Source: an uncultured Planctomycetota bacterium (GTDB lineage Bacteria > Planctomycetota > Planctomycetia > Pirellulales > Lacipirellulaceae). Taken from it: DNA of 64,000 nucleotides. Location of the stretch: contig CAVRBU010000004.1 of the NCBI GenBank assembly GCA_963719315.1, positions 32,001-96,000 of the forward strand, given 5' to 3'. The notes under the pieces are model-generated. The model saw only the letters and a program-made list of their open reading frames with translations. It did not search any database and was not told where the DNA came from. Both the position numbers and the translations under genes were made by a program. Below, in pieces: positions 12,501 to 22,599 of this stretch. Positions within the stretch are counted from its first letter, which is position 1; the number at the start of each line of letters is the position of its first letter.

Positions 12501-13898
12501 CGGGTCGTTCTGGAAATCTCGCCCGGCGACGAATACCACACCGGCGCCGTGAACCGCGCTACGGTATTGATCGCCGATAACGATGCCCCGGGTGATCCGA
12601 ATTGGACTGGGTCGAACAACATGGCACTGGGCAATAATTACGGTTGGAGTGATTTGACCAACTTCGCAGGCGGCGTGCGTGGCGAGATCGGTGGCACATT
12701 AACTCGTGCCAAAATCGACAGCTACTACGGCGACGTGAATCTAACGAGTTCGCTCAATATGAACGGAGTAATTACCGCTTCGGGCACGTTCAGCCTCCGC
12801 AACATCACCGATGGTTGGGCGGGCAACGGCTCCAGCGGATTCTTTATCGGCCATTTCTCGCAGTCTACTACCGGCCACGAATTTGTCGGTTTCACCCTGA
12901 AGGAATTGCGAACCGACGCCGTGCGCGTCGATGCGCGAGTGCAAGCCCCCAATGGCGCCGGCGATGATAGTGCCGTTTGGAACTTGGTCTCGGCCGACGA
13001 CATCCACACTTTCAGCTACACCTATGATCCAAATCAAGGCGCGTACGGGCGTTTGACCGTGACAATCGATTCCAACCTTCCGATGGTGATCGATATTAGT
13101 TCGAGCAAGCGAAATTCCGGTGCGGTGTTGAATGCCTTTGGCATGGGTGCTACCCCGAATATGAACAGCGAATCAAATTCGACAAAATCGATTGACGCGT
13201 ACTTCGACAATCTCAGTTACACCGGCTTGCAACCGCCCCCTCAATTGTTTGGTGACTTCAACAGCGACAACAAGGTGGACGGCGGCGACTACGTCATCTG
13301 GCGCAAAAACGAGCTCGCCAACGCTTCGCTACCGAATGACAACGGTTTAACCACCCAAGCAGAGCGCGATGCGCGTGTCGCGCGCAACTTCGGTAACAGC
13401 GGTGGTGGCAGCAGCAGCGGTAATGCTTCGGCCGCGGGCAGTGCCGACGGTAATGCTGGATTGGATAGAGAGGGCGTGGCCGATGGGCAAGCCAGTTCTC
13501 CGGTGTCGCCGCCGGCGACGGCCACGCCGCTGATGATACCTGAATCGTCTCCAAGCAAATCCGATGAGCCGGCGCCTCCCGATGATGGCCCCGCGCCTTC
13601 AACCAGAAGCCTTCCGACATCGCTCGGCGAGATCGCGACGTTGCGTGGCAAGGCCATTTCAATTGACGATGTGAGCAGCTTTGCTTCTCGGCAAAGGCGG
13701 GAACATCTTGTTCACTCGATGATGAAGCCGACGTTCGCGGCGATAGACGACAGATTCCAACTCGACGTGCAAGAGATCATTGACGTACGCTTGGCCGAAA
13801 ACGATGAAACGGTTCAATGCTCCGTGTTCGAGGAATTGAGTCCAGAGTTCGATGTGGGTATTGAAGTTTGGAACCGTTTGTTCCGTCGTCAACTGTGA
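6532..13898 (+). CDS. Giant planctomycete surface protein (planctomycete extracellular signal, FlgD-like, propeller, 3 LamG, 3 Calx-beta, two copies of an unknown ~200-aa domain, dockerin-like motif); split by about 4 frameshifts
   Basis: RRLFFETLEPRLTLDA signal motif; LamG motifs (WYHVA...LYVDG...FDGxIDD); Calx-beta (ATNGVDY...VTITPVND); consecutive ORFs 6472-8187, 8150-8830, 8653-9924, 9809-11356 and 11298-13898 continue one another. Confidence 0.8.
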
Positions 13899-14068
13899 TT
13901 TCGGTTTTAGAATGTCGGAAATGGGACCTCGGCGTCGACGGGTAAGTATCGTCGACAAGTCTGAAAGCTATTTGGAATCAAATTGGTGTTAAAGCGAACA
14001 GGCGCAAATGCAGCATGCCGCACCGAACAGCAGTGGAATGGCGCCCTTTCATTTCTTGTTCACTCGTT

Positions 14069-15818
14069 ATGATTCGCGCCCGCACACTCTACCTCGCGTT
14101 GGTTATCACGGTCATCGCGACGGTGCCTGGTTTGGCTGTTGAGAAAGGCGACGAAGCCGTGCCGGATCACTTCGTTCCGACGCTTCGGTTGATTCTGCCC
14201 GAAAACCGAACAGCGGTTGTGGAACATATTGCCGCGCTCTTTCGACGCCAGGTCCAGCAGAGATGCGACACGATGGACGTCAGCCAAGCTCGTTATTTGA
14301 ATAGTGACTGGCGTCAACTCAATCCGGAAGAATATGTCTTTTATCAAAGTGGCAAGGAGAAAGTTGCGCAGGCTGCTGAGCCTCCGCTGAACCTCGTCCT
14401 GAGCGTCGCGCCCGGTATCGGATCGGAAGGATTCAAGATTGAGGATGGGCCGCCGCGCACGGTACGGATCATCGGAAACGACCCGCGCGGCTTGCTCTAT
14501 GGCGTGGGTAAATTTCTGCGATCTTCACGTTTCAACTCGAAAGGCTTCGTAGCTGGGAATTGGCGGGGCACCTCCATACCCGAGAAACCGATCCGTGGTT
14601 TGTATCTGGCTACGCACTTCCATAACTTCTACCACGATGCTCCGATTGAGGAGGTGGAACGGTACGTCGAGGACTGCGGATTGTGGGGATTCAACACAAT
14701 TCTGGTCTGGTGCGACATGCACCATTTCCAAGGCTTCGACGATCCCAAGGCTGCCGAACTCCGCGAGCGACTGCATCGTATCTATCAGACGGCTCGCGGG
14801 ATCGGTTTGGGCAATGGTTTGCTCATCGTTAGCAACGAAGGGTATGGAAACAGCCCAGCGGAGATTCGAGCCGATCCCAAGGGCACGCGGAGCGGCGTTT
14901 GCCTCCGACATCTGCCCGCACAAGCCGGGCGGCCGGGAATATCTGCTGGAAAACTTCCGCCGATTGTTCGCAACATTCAGCGACGTGCCGCTTGATTACC
15001 TTTGCATCTGGCCGTACGACTCAGGCAGTTGCGGGTGCGCGAATTGTCAACCCTGGGGCACCACCGGTTTTCTCACCATGGCCGAGCCGTTGTCGCAACT
15101 CGCAAAGAAGTCGTTCCCCGAGGTGAAGATCATCCTTTCCACATGGCTCTTTTCGCTCGAGGAGTGGACCGGCCTGGCCAAGGCGTTTAGAGTCCGCCCA
15201 CCGTGGGTGGATTATGTTCTGGTCGGCGTGGGATCGTGGGGTCGGCCGGTCGTAGATCAACCGGGTGGCCTGCCGATCCTCGCTTTCCCCGACATCAGCA
15301 TGCTCATGAATCCTTGGGGCGGCTATGGCGTGTCGCCGAAACCCAACATGTTGGAGAACGATTGGCGAGCCCAGGCGCACCTCCTAGACGGTGGATTTCC
15401 ATACTCGGAGGGTATTTTCGAGGACATGAATAAGTCCCTTATGGCACAGCTCTACTGGGCGCCAGTGCGCGGGGCGGACGACATTCTGAAAGAATACGCC
15501 GCCTTTGAATACGGGCCCGAAGTCGCCGAAGATATTGTCCGTGTCGTGCATATTCTTGAGAAGAACAATGATCGTAGCCGGATCGGCCCCCATGCAGCCG
15601 AGGCTTTGAGAATTCTTCTGGCGGCTGAGGCCAAACTGACCCCCGAGGCCCGCTCAGCATGGCGCTGGCGGATTCTAATCCTCCGTGGGATAATCGATGC
15701 GGAATTGCTACAAACTAAGGGAAACCTGGATAGCCCGGCTCTGCAACGAGCATTCGCGGAATTGACCGAGATCTATCATGCCCAGAATGCAGACAGCTAC
15801 GTCCGGCCACCGAAGTAG
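14069..15818 (+). CDS. Putative glycoside hydrolase-like protein with GH20/GH67-type N-terminal domain (frameshift near 14895)
   Basis: Signal peptide; 'SEGFKI...IIGNDPRGLLYGVGKFLR' N-terminal motif; ORFs 14015-14995 and 14595-15818 join; homologous to the protein at 57249-59736. Confidence 0.6.
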
Positions 15819-15897
15819 CGTTGCTTTGACACCCATGCAACATCATGCTCGATCGTTTAACCGTCGCGTTTAAACTCGGAACGTGTCTGGTAAAGCG

Positions 15898-16755
15898 ATG
15901 TTTGACGACAACTTGATCGACGCGCATATCCACTTGTGGACATTGAATTCCAATGCATATCCATTGGCTAGTAACTCGAAGGCCGCCGCCACGCGGCCTG
16001 CATCGTTTACGCTGGAGGAGTTCTTGGACCATGCCGGCCCAGTTGGGGTGAGGCGAGCCGTTCTGGTGCAATCTGCTTGTTACGGCTTTGATCATTCGTA
16101 CATTTGCGGGGTTATAAGGCAATTCCCAACCCGTTTTGCTGGTGTGGCACTGATTGATGAGAATTCAACGGACCTCGGCAAACAACTTGACGAGCTCCGC
16201 GCGATGGGAATCGTCGGTGTACGTTTGGTGATGATCAACCGTGACGCTGATGCGTGGCTCGACTGCCGTACGACGCAACTTCTGCTGCGTTTAGCAGAGG
16301 CCACGCATTTCGCAGCGTGCTTTCTTTGTGATCCAAACGCTTTGCATGCCATTAATCGCGTATGTCAACAGTTTCCAAAGCTAATCATTGTAATCGACCA
16401 TATGGCAAGAGTTGGCGCAGATGGCGAACTGAATGCTGATCAAATTCGTAGGCTGTGCGGGTTGGCAAAACATGGAGGCGTGTACATCAAGCTGTCCGCA
16501 TTTTACGCGCTGGGGAACAGGACTTCTCCATACTGCGATCTGCTGCCGCTGATTCGCCAACTTCGGGACGCATTCGGCCCGGAGCGGCTCATGTGGGGGT
16601 CTGATTGTCCATTTCAGGTCGCACCGGGGCACGGATATACGCCGTCGTTGGATCTGCTTAGGAAGTATGCGGATTTCCTATCCAACGACGAAAGGCAACA
16701 GATATTGCAAGGTACCGCGCAACAAGTGTTTTTCGAGCGGGCCGTAGAACGATGA
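15898..16755 (+). CDS. Amidohydrolase_2 family protein (sugar-lactone hydrolase-like)
   Basis: IDAHIHLW, VIDHMAR, YIKLS and RLMWGSDCP motifs. Confidence 0.85.
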   Translation: MFDDNLIDAHIHLWTLNSNAYPLASNSKAAATRPASFTLEEFLDHAGPVGVRRAVLVQSACYGFDHSYICGVIRQFPTRFAGVALIDENSTDLGKQLDELRAMGIVGVRLVMINRDADAWLDCRTTQLLLRLAEATHFAACFLCDPNALHAINRVCQQFPKLIIVIDHMARVGADGELNADQIRRLCGLAKHGGVYIKLSAFYALGNRTSPYCDLLPLIRQLRDAFGPERLMWGSDCPFQVAPGHGYTPSLDLLRKYADFLSNDERQQILQGTAQQVFFERAVER

Positions 16756-16813
16756 CCAGTGCACGCACCGAACCGGCTTGATCAAGTGTCGTGCACGATA
16801 GATTTCGTTTGCC

Positions 16814-17924
16814 ATGATTGAACGTATCACCATTGACGCCGACCGCCTCCTGAACACGTTCTTAACGATTTTGCGGATCAACAGCTATTATCCGAACGAA
16901 GATCAAGTGGTCCGCGCACTTCAACCAAAGCTCGTGCGTACCGGTGTTGAGTTGACCACGGATGAAAACCGCAATGTCTTAGGTTATTGGCCGGGCGTCG
17001 AGAGCGCCGGCCCACCAAGAGCCAATTCTCCTCTGCGCCCATACCGATACCGTGCGACCAACCGACGGACAAAGGCCAATCGTGCGGGATGGCGCGGTGC
17101 ATTCGGACGGCTCGACCGTGCTGGGGGCTGATGACAAGGCGGCCGTTGCGGCGATTGTTGAAGCGATTGAGACGATTGTCGATTCAGGCATTCCACATCC
17201 GCCTGCGGAGATTCTGTTCACCGTTGGTGAAGATGTCGGACATATCGGGTCAAAGGCATTCGACACCACTCGCGTTCGATCCAAAATGGCATTCGTTCCG
17301 GACGCGGACGGGCCGGTCGGTGGCATCATGCTGCAAGCGCCCTGGTCTCAGACGGCGCGGGTCATCTTTCACGGGCGGGCCGCGCATGCGGGCATGGAAC
17401 CTGAAAATGGCCGGTCCGCGATCGCGATGGCCGCTAACGCGATCACACAAATGCAGCTGGGACGCATCGACGAACAGACTACGGCAAATGTGGGAATAAT
17501 CTCTGGCGGCGAAGCTTCAAACGTCGTCCCACCGCAAGCGGAGATCGTCTGGAATGCGCGTAGCCTCGACGAACAAAAGTGCGAGCAGATGTGCTCTAGT
17601 ATTTTAGAGTGCTGTCGCCGGGCTGCTGCTTCTTCCGACGGTACAATCGATGTCGAACTGGTGCAGTTGTTTGCCGGCTTTCGCTTTCACTCCAGTGACG
17701 CCATCGTTGGACGGGCCTCTTCAGCAATTATGTTAGCGGGCATCGAGCCGTGGTATTCCGTCACTTGTGGCGGGAGCGATGCAAGCGAGTTGAATGCCAA
17801 AGGGCTGCCCACGATCGTTCTATCGGTGGGCTATCGGAAGATCCACACTTGCCAAGAGTCGATGCCTCTCATCGAACTGAACCGGCTGGCCCGCGTCTTC
17901 GCGGCACTAATTTTAGGAACGTGA
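16814..17924 (+). CDS. M20/M25/M40 metallopeptidase (peptidase T-like), frameshifted near 17000-17040
   Basis: LGADDKAAVAAI, GRAAHAG, TTANVGII, GGSDA and IHTCQE motifs; N-terminus in ORF 16814-17131. Confidence 0.85.
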
Positions 17925-18041
17925 GTTAATCATTTAATCATTTGAGCTTGATTGACAACCATCTGTGGCCCGCTTATCAAAAATTATCGGCACACTCCAC
18001 GTGCGACCTTCGAGTCGCTCCCTCCTGGCATCAGGCGTTCC

Positions 18042-19122
18042 ATGGTCTACCTTCATGTTCGTTTTGTCGCTCTTGCTTTGGCAGTGTTGATCGCCGCTCC
18101 CGAAATAGCGTCGGCGAAAGACGGTGTTCTCCGTGTTGGCATCATTGGCTGCGACACGTCGCACGTAGTCGACTTTACAAAGCTCATCAACAATCCGGAC
18201 GCGACCGGTAATTTGGCGAAGGTCGGGGTGACGGCCGCGTTTCCGGGTGGCAGCCCCGACCTGCCAATTCACGCCGATCGCATTGATGGTTTTGTGACGG
18301 AGCTTCGCGAAGGGCGTCGTACTTGTCGATTCGTTGGAAGAGTTGGCAAACAAGACCGACGCGATTCTGCTCGAAAGCGTCGACGGCCGACCGCACCTCG
18401 AGCAGTTCCGAGCCGTCGCCAAGGGAAAACCCGTATTCATCGATAAGCCAACGGCTGGTTCGCTGGCGGACGTGATCAGCATTTTCCGCATAGCGGATGA
18501 AACACAAACGCCCGTGTTCTCATCATCGTCGCTGCGCTACTGCAAAGAGGTGCAAGAGGCAGCCCGCGATAAATCGATCGGCAAAATGATTCGTTGCGAT
18601 ACGGCGGGGCCGCTCGATCCGATGCCTCACCATCCGGACTTGTTTTTCCATGGAATTCATGGCGTCGAGTCGCTGTTTACGATTATGGGGACGGGTTGCG
18701 AAAGCGTCAGCCGAATCGATACGCCCGAGGTAGCAGTGGTCGTCGGCAAATGGAATGACGGGCGCATCGGTACCTATCACGGGCTGAAGAAAAAAGGGAC
18801 GTACGCGTTCACGGTGAAGGGAGACAAGGGTGTCGCCGAGAGGAACGGGTTTAGTGGTTATGACTCGGCAATCGACGAAATCTGCAAATTCTTCATCAGC
18901 GGCAAGCCGCCGGTGAATCGCGACGAAACGATTGAAATCTACGCGTTCATGGAAGCCGCCGACGAAAGCAAGCGGCTTGATGGAGAGCCGGTGTCGATTG
19001 GCGATCTCATAGAGCAGGCCGCACAGAAGTCCGACGGCACCGCGAGCGAAGACCGGAGAAAACTAAGCATCCTACAGTTGGTCCGTAGTATTATTTGCAG
19101 GCCAGATAATGTACCCCATTAG
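18042..19122 (+). CDS. Gfo/Idh/MocA family oxidoreductase (frameshift near 18310)
   Basis: LRVGIIGCDTSH, ESVDGRPHLEQ, VFIDKP, SSSSLRY and HGIHGVE motifs. Confidence 0.85.
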
Positions 19123-19743
19123 GTCGTTCTGGACAGGGCATTTTGGTGGTGAAATGAGGGACAAAAGGTGGGCGGCAGGCGTGGGATTAGCTCGCGTCGT
19201 GAAGGTGGAAAATGCCGCGGCTGTTCGGACGTGGAAGCAGGTGATGTTGGTGTTGAGTTGGCGAATTTCGTGGCGGAAACGGCAGCGAGATCGGCCTCGG
19301 AGACCATGACATTCCCGATGTGTGGTGGGAGGTAATCGAAGCCGAATCATGCCCTATGGCTTAACTGGCTAACGCCGATTCGAGGCTGGTGAGCATGACG
19401 TCAAAGAGGTCGGGTGTGTTGTGGCCGTGGGCAGGTGTCCTTCGAGGACAGGTTGTTGTGGGCGAGTAGGTGGGGTGTGGTATCGGAGATGTGGTGGGGG
19501 CAGGGTAGGGCAGGGAAGTGGGGAGATTCGATGTGTATCAACGCAAATGATTGTTTTGATCTTTGGAATCTCCAGGAAAAATACACAGGTATTGACCCAC
19601 TCGCGCGTTGCACAATGTTGTCGCGGTGCGCGAGCACAGCCTCGGTCACCAATAGATTCTGCGAGCGCCACGTTGGTTTTACCGTTGAACCCAACGTCTG
19701 CAGCGAGGACGGGTTTCCGTAAATATCAAACCGTTCGCACATA

Positions 19744-19769
19744 GTTTCCCGTATTCGTTTCCCGTATTC
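19744..19769 (+). repeat. Tandem 13-bp direct repeat GTTTCCCGTATTC x2; putative integrase arm-type sites at the right end of unit A
   Basis: Exact tandem repeat about 125 bp upstream of tRNA fragment copy 1. Confidence 0.55.
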
Positions 19770-19895
19770 GATGCACATTGATGGATATTTGTGTACTTTT
19801 CTCCCAATTCGCGGAGGGGCTTGATCGGCAATTTCGTCCGTGATACAAGCGGATTGCGTTGTTTTCATCACATTGCCTGAAGTGGGTAGACGTTC

Positions 19896-19939
19896 CTGGG
19901 GGTCAAAAGGTCGCAGGTTCGAATCCTGTCGGCCCGACT
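19896..19939 (+). repeat. att site: 3' half of tRNA-Pro(GGG), copy 1
   Basis: CTGGGGG (anticodon loop)-TCAAA-AGGTC-GCAGG TTCGAAT CCTGT-CGGCCCG-A; no 5' half upstream. Confidence 0.88.
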
Positions 19940-20259
19940 TACTTACGACGATTTTGAAGCTTAACTGAACTATGCACGTTTCGAATTCACGACACGTAAG
20001 TTCTTATTCGCCGCTTTAGGCCGCGGACAATTTTGGCCAAGAGCGACCGTCTCGATTGGTTGGCCGACCCGTTGCGTCGGCACCCCGCGGAACGCGTCCA
20101 ATTACAAACTGCCTGATCGGCCTTTGGCCTCGTCGCCCCAATTGGGTCGCAACCGATCCGCTTCGCCTCCACCCGTAGGCCTGCTCGGCAATTGCACACC
20201 GCCGAACCTCTGCTTTCATTGCGGGTCTATGGGTATAATTGCTATCCGCAGGACGCCCC

Positions 20260-21119
20260 ATGCAATCAGCCGTGTTTGACACAGAATCGGAAGAGCACTT
20301 CGCCACCTATCTCGACGGCGCGGGCATCGCTGGGATAAGCATCCTGCGATTTCCGGCCAATCGAAAGTTCCCGATTTCGGTTTCGATCATCACGGCGTCC
20401 AAGTATTGAGCGACCTCAAGGAGCGGACGCCCAACGCGGAACAGTTGGAGCAATCGCAGCGGGAAATTGAAGCGGCGATTGCTGGCGAACGTATAAATTC
20501 CGCGAGGCACTTCAACCCCGTCGAACAGGCGCGGCACCTAATCCACCAGGGACGCCGAAAATTCAAAGACTTCGACTGTCATCTGTGCGCCCTGATTATC
20601 TATAACAAAGGTCACCGGGACGTTCAGCTGGACCCGCACACCATTTTTGGGGCGATGCTGGGTGATCCGGGATTTACCCTTTCACTTGACACGGCAACGG
20701 GCCGGGCTGATCCGACTACCTTGCAGAATGAATTCCTGCCCCGCGGCGGTAAGATGATTCGCAAGTACGATCCGCTTACGCCAAGTAAGTCGCTGCGAAA
20801 CATAAGTGCCGTGGTTGCCTTGGAGCGGTATCGTATTCAGAACCCCGCGTTCGCGCCAGCCCACGATGAGCAGGTGCGGCGCCAGACAGTTGAACTTGGA
20901 CGCCCGCTAACCACCGAGGAGCGACTGGCGATTGATTGCTCGCTCATTGAAGGCGGGACAAAGCTCACGCTGGGGGAGACGTGGGGGCTGACCGTTTGCA
21001 CCAACCCATTCGCCAACATTCCATTCCCAGACGATCTATTCGTCGGGCCTTACGACGCACGTTGGTCGATGCTGAACGGCGTAATGACACGCGTGTTCGC
21101 GGGCGAGCAGCGATCGTAA
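20260..21119 (+). CDS. Hypothetical protein with a possible PD-(D/E)xK nuclease-like motif (frameshift near 20330)
   Basis: Joining frames gives MQSAVFDTESEEHFATYLDGAGI.WDKHPAISGQSKVPDFGFDHHGVQVLSDLKER, which runs into ORF 20406-21119. Confidence 0.5.
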
Positions 21120-21355
21120 TCAATGATGTATCAGGCGGCAAAGTCACACATGTCGGTATTGCCTTGACGTTTGGACTCGTGGTTATGGCCATGATCTACG
21201 CGGTGGGTGATACATCTGGTACACACCATAATCTGGCTGTTTCGCTGGGTTTCTGGTTTGCTCGACGATTGCCAGGCAGCACCGTTGGACCGTACATCTT
21301 CAGCCAACTAGTCGGCGCCCTCGCGCTCGTGCGAATGCAACGTTTAGTTTCCTGA
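21114..21355 (+). pseudogene. Aquaporin/MIP channel fragment
   Basis: VTHVGIALTFGLVVMAMIYAVGDTSGTHHNLAVSLGFW...YIFSQLVGAL matches MIP TM2-loop B-TM3 with a degenerate NPA; both ends are missing. Confidence 0.75.
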
Positions 21356-21828
21356 CGCACTTCGTACTCAACTGCTGTCGGGGTGTCGCTACCGAAGCAG
21401 GTAGGTTCCTACAATTCGCGAACCCGGTGGAATTCTATGGACGCAAAACAAGTCAACTTCGCTCGTTTAGACTCTCAAGTAAGATTGGGCATTCGAGATG
21501 CGGCCAAGCCACGCATGAAGTCCGAGCCGGTTGCGATTGCCGGAGTATGGTCCGTTAGGACAACGCAAACGGTCGACGGCAACGTCATCTCTGCTCCTCT
21601 CCCTCCCAATGCTAGAAGGACCGACAATGAAGACCGTCTGGAGATCGGCATTGAAATGGGACCCACCTGGGCGTTGAATCTGGGCCCACCTGGTTAGTTG
21701 GGGAGCGGCCCGCGAGACCCTTCGAAGGTCTCGCGCGGCCGCCTCCGTTAGTTCACTTAATGGGTTAGAGTAAACTCTCCATTTTGTTGCGCGATTTGCG
21801 AACGTTTTGCCGACGGGTCGCCCGAAAG

Positions 21829-22599
21829 CTACTTGCCCTTGGTGGTTCGCTTTTGTTTCATCGACTCCCGGAAGCGGTAGCTTTCACCGTTCATCTCAAA
21901 GATTTCGCAGTGGTGCGTCAGCCGGTCCAAGAGAGCAGCTGTCATCCGTTCTCCCTGAAACACCTGCTGCCATTCGCTGAACGGCAAGTTGCTGGTGATC
22001 AACAGGCTGGATCGCTCGTAGCGATCGGCGAATACCTGGAACAGCAGTTCCGCTCCGCTGCGATTGAACGAGAGATAACCGAGCTCGTCGCAGACAAGCA
22101 GATCGAGCTTGTCGAGCTGCTTCAACAATCGCTCGAGCTGGTACTGCTTCTGCGTCTCTTCCAAGCGATTGACCAGTGTGGCAGCGGTAAAGAAGCGGAC
22201 TCGCTTGCCCAGTCGGCAGGCGGCCAGGCCCAAGGCGATGGCCAGATGCGTTTTTCCAGTTCCCGAACTACCCAACAGGCAGCAGTTCTGACGCTGATCA
22301 ATCCAGCCGCAGCGGGCCAGTTCCAGGATCTTGGGCTTCGAGAGGCCGGGCGCCGCGCTAAAGTCGAATGCATCGAGGTCCTTCTGCACCGGGAAGCCAG
22401 CCTGTTTAATGCGCGCCTGCAGAGCATTGGCACTGCGTGTGGCTAACTCCAACTCCGTCAGGCGCAACAGATAGTCGAGGTAGTCCTGGTTGCTGTTGGT
22501 CGCTTCCCCGGCGAGCTTGCCATACTCGGCCAGCATCGTCGGCAGGCGTAGCGCCTTGAGGTTCGAACGCAGTAACAGGGGCGTTTCTTTCTGGGCCAT
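21829..22599 (-). CDS. istB: IS21 helper ATPase IstB
   Basis: Walker A GSSGTGKTHLA, Walker B LLVCDELGY, ITSNLPF, LLDRLTHH. Confidence 0.95.
   Translation of the reverse strand: MAQKETPLLLRSNLKALRLPTMLAEYGKLAGEATNSNQDYLDYLLRLTELELATRSANALQARIKQAGFPVQKDLDAFDFSAAPGLSKPKILELARCGWIDQRQNCCLLGSSGTGKTHLAIALGLAACRLGKRVRFFTAATLVNRLEETQKQYQLERLLKQLDKLDLLVCDELGYLSFNRSGAELLFQVFADRYERSSLLITSNLPFSEWQQVFQGERMTAALLDRLTHHCEIFEMNGESYRFRESMKQKRTTKGK

Noticed and set aside
6532..18450. Frameshifts as programmed recoding or phase variation
   Set aside because: Single-base shifts occur in many unrelated genes across the window, consistent with long-read indel errors; this cannot be resolved without reads
19860..19939. 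Intact tRNA-Pro genes at the four TTCGAATCC sites
   Set aside because: None has the 5' acceptor strand, D-arm or 5' anticodon stem; similarity begins at the anticodon loop
21784..22446. Long antisense ORFs (also 27692-28366, 54823-55767, 56118-57137)
   Set aside because: They are shadow frames opposite well-supported genes in GC-rich DNA
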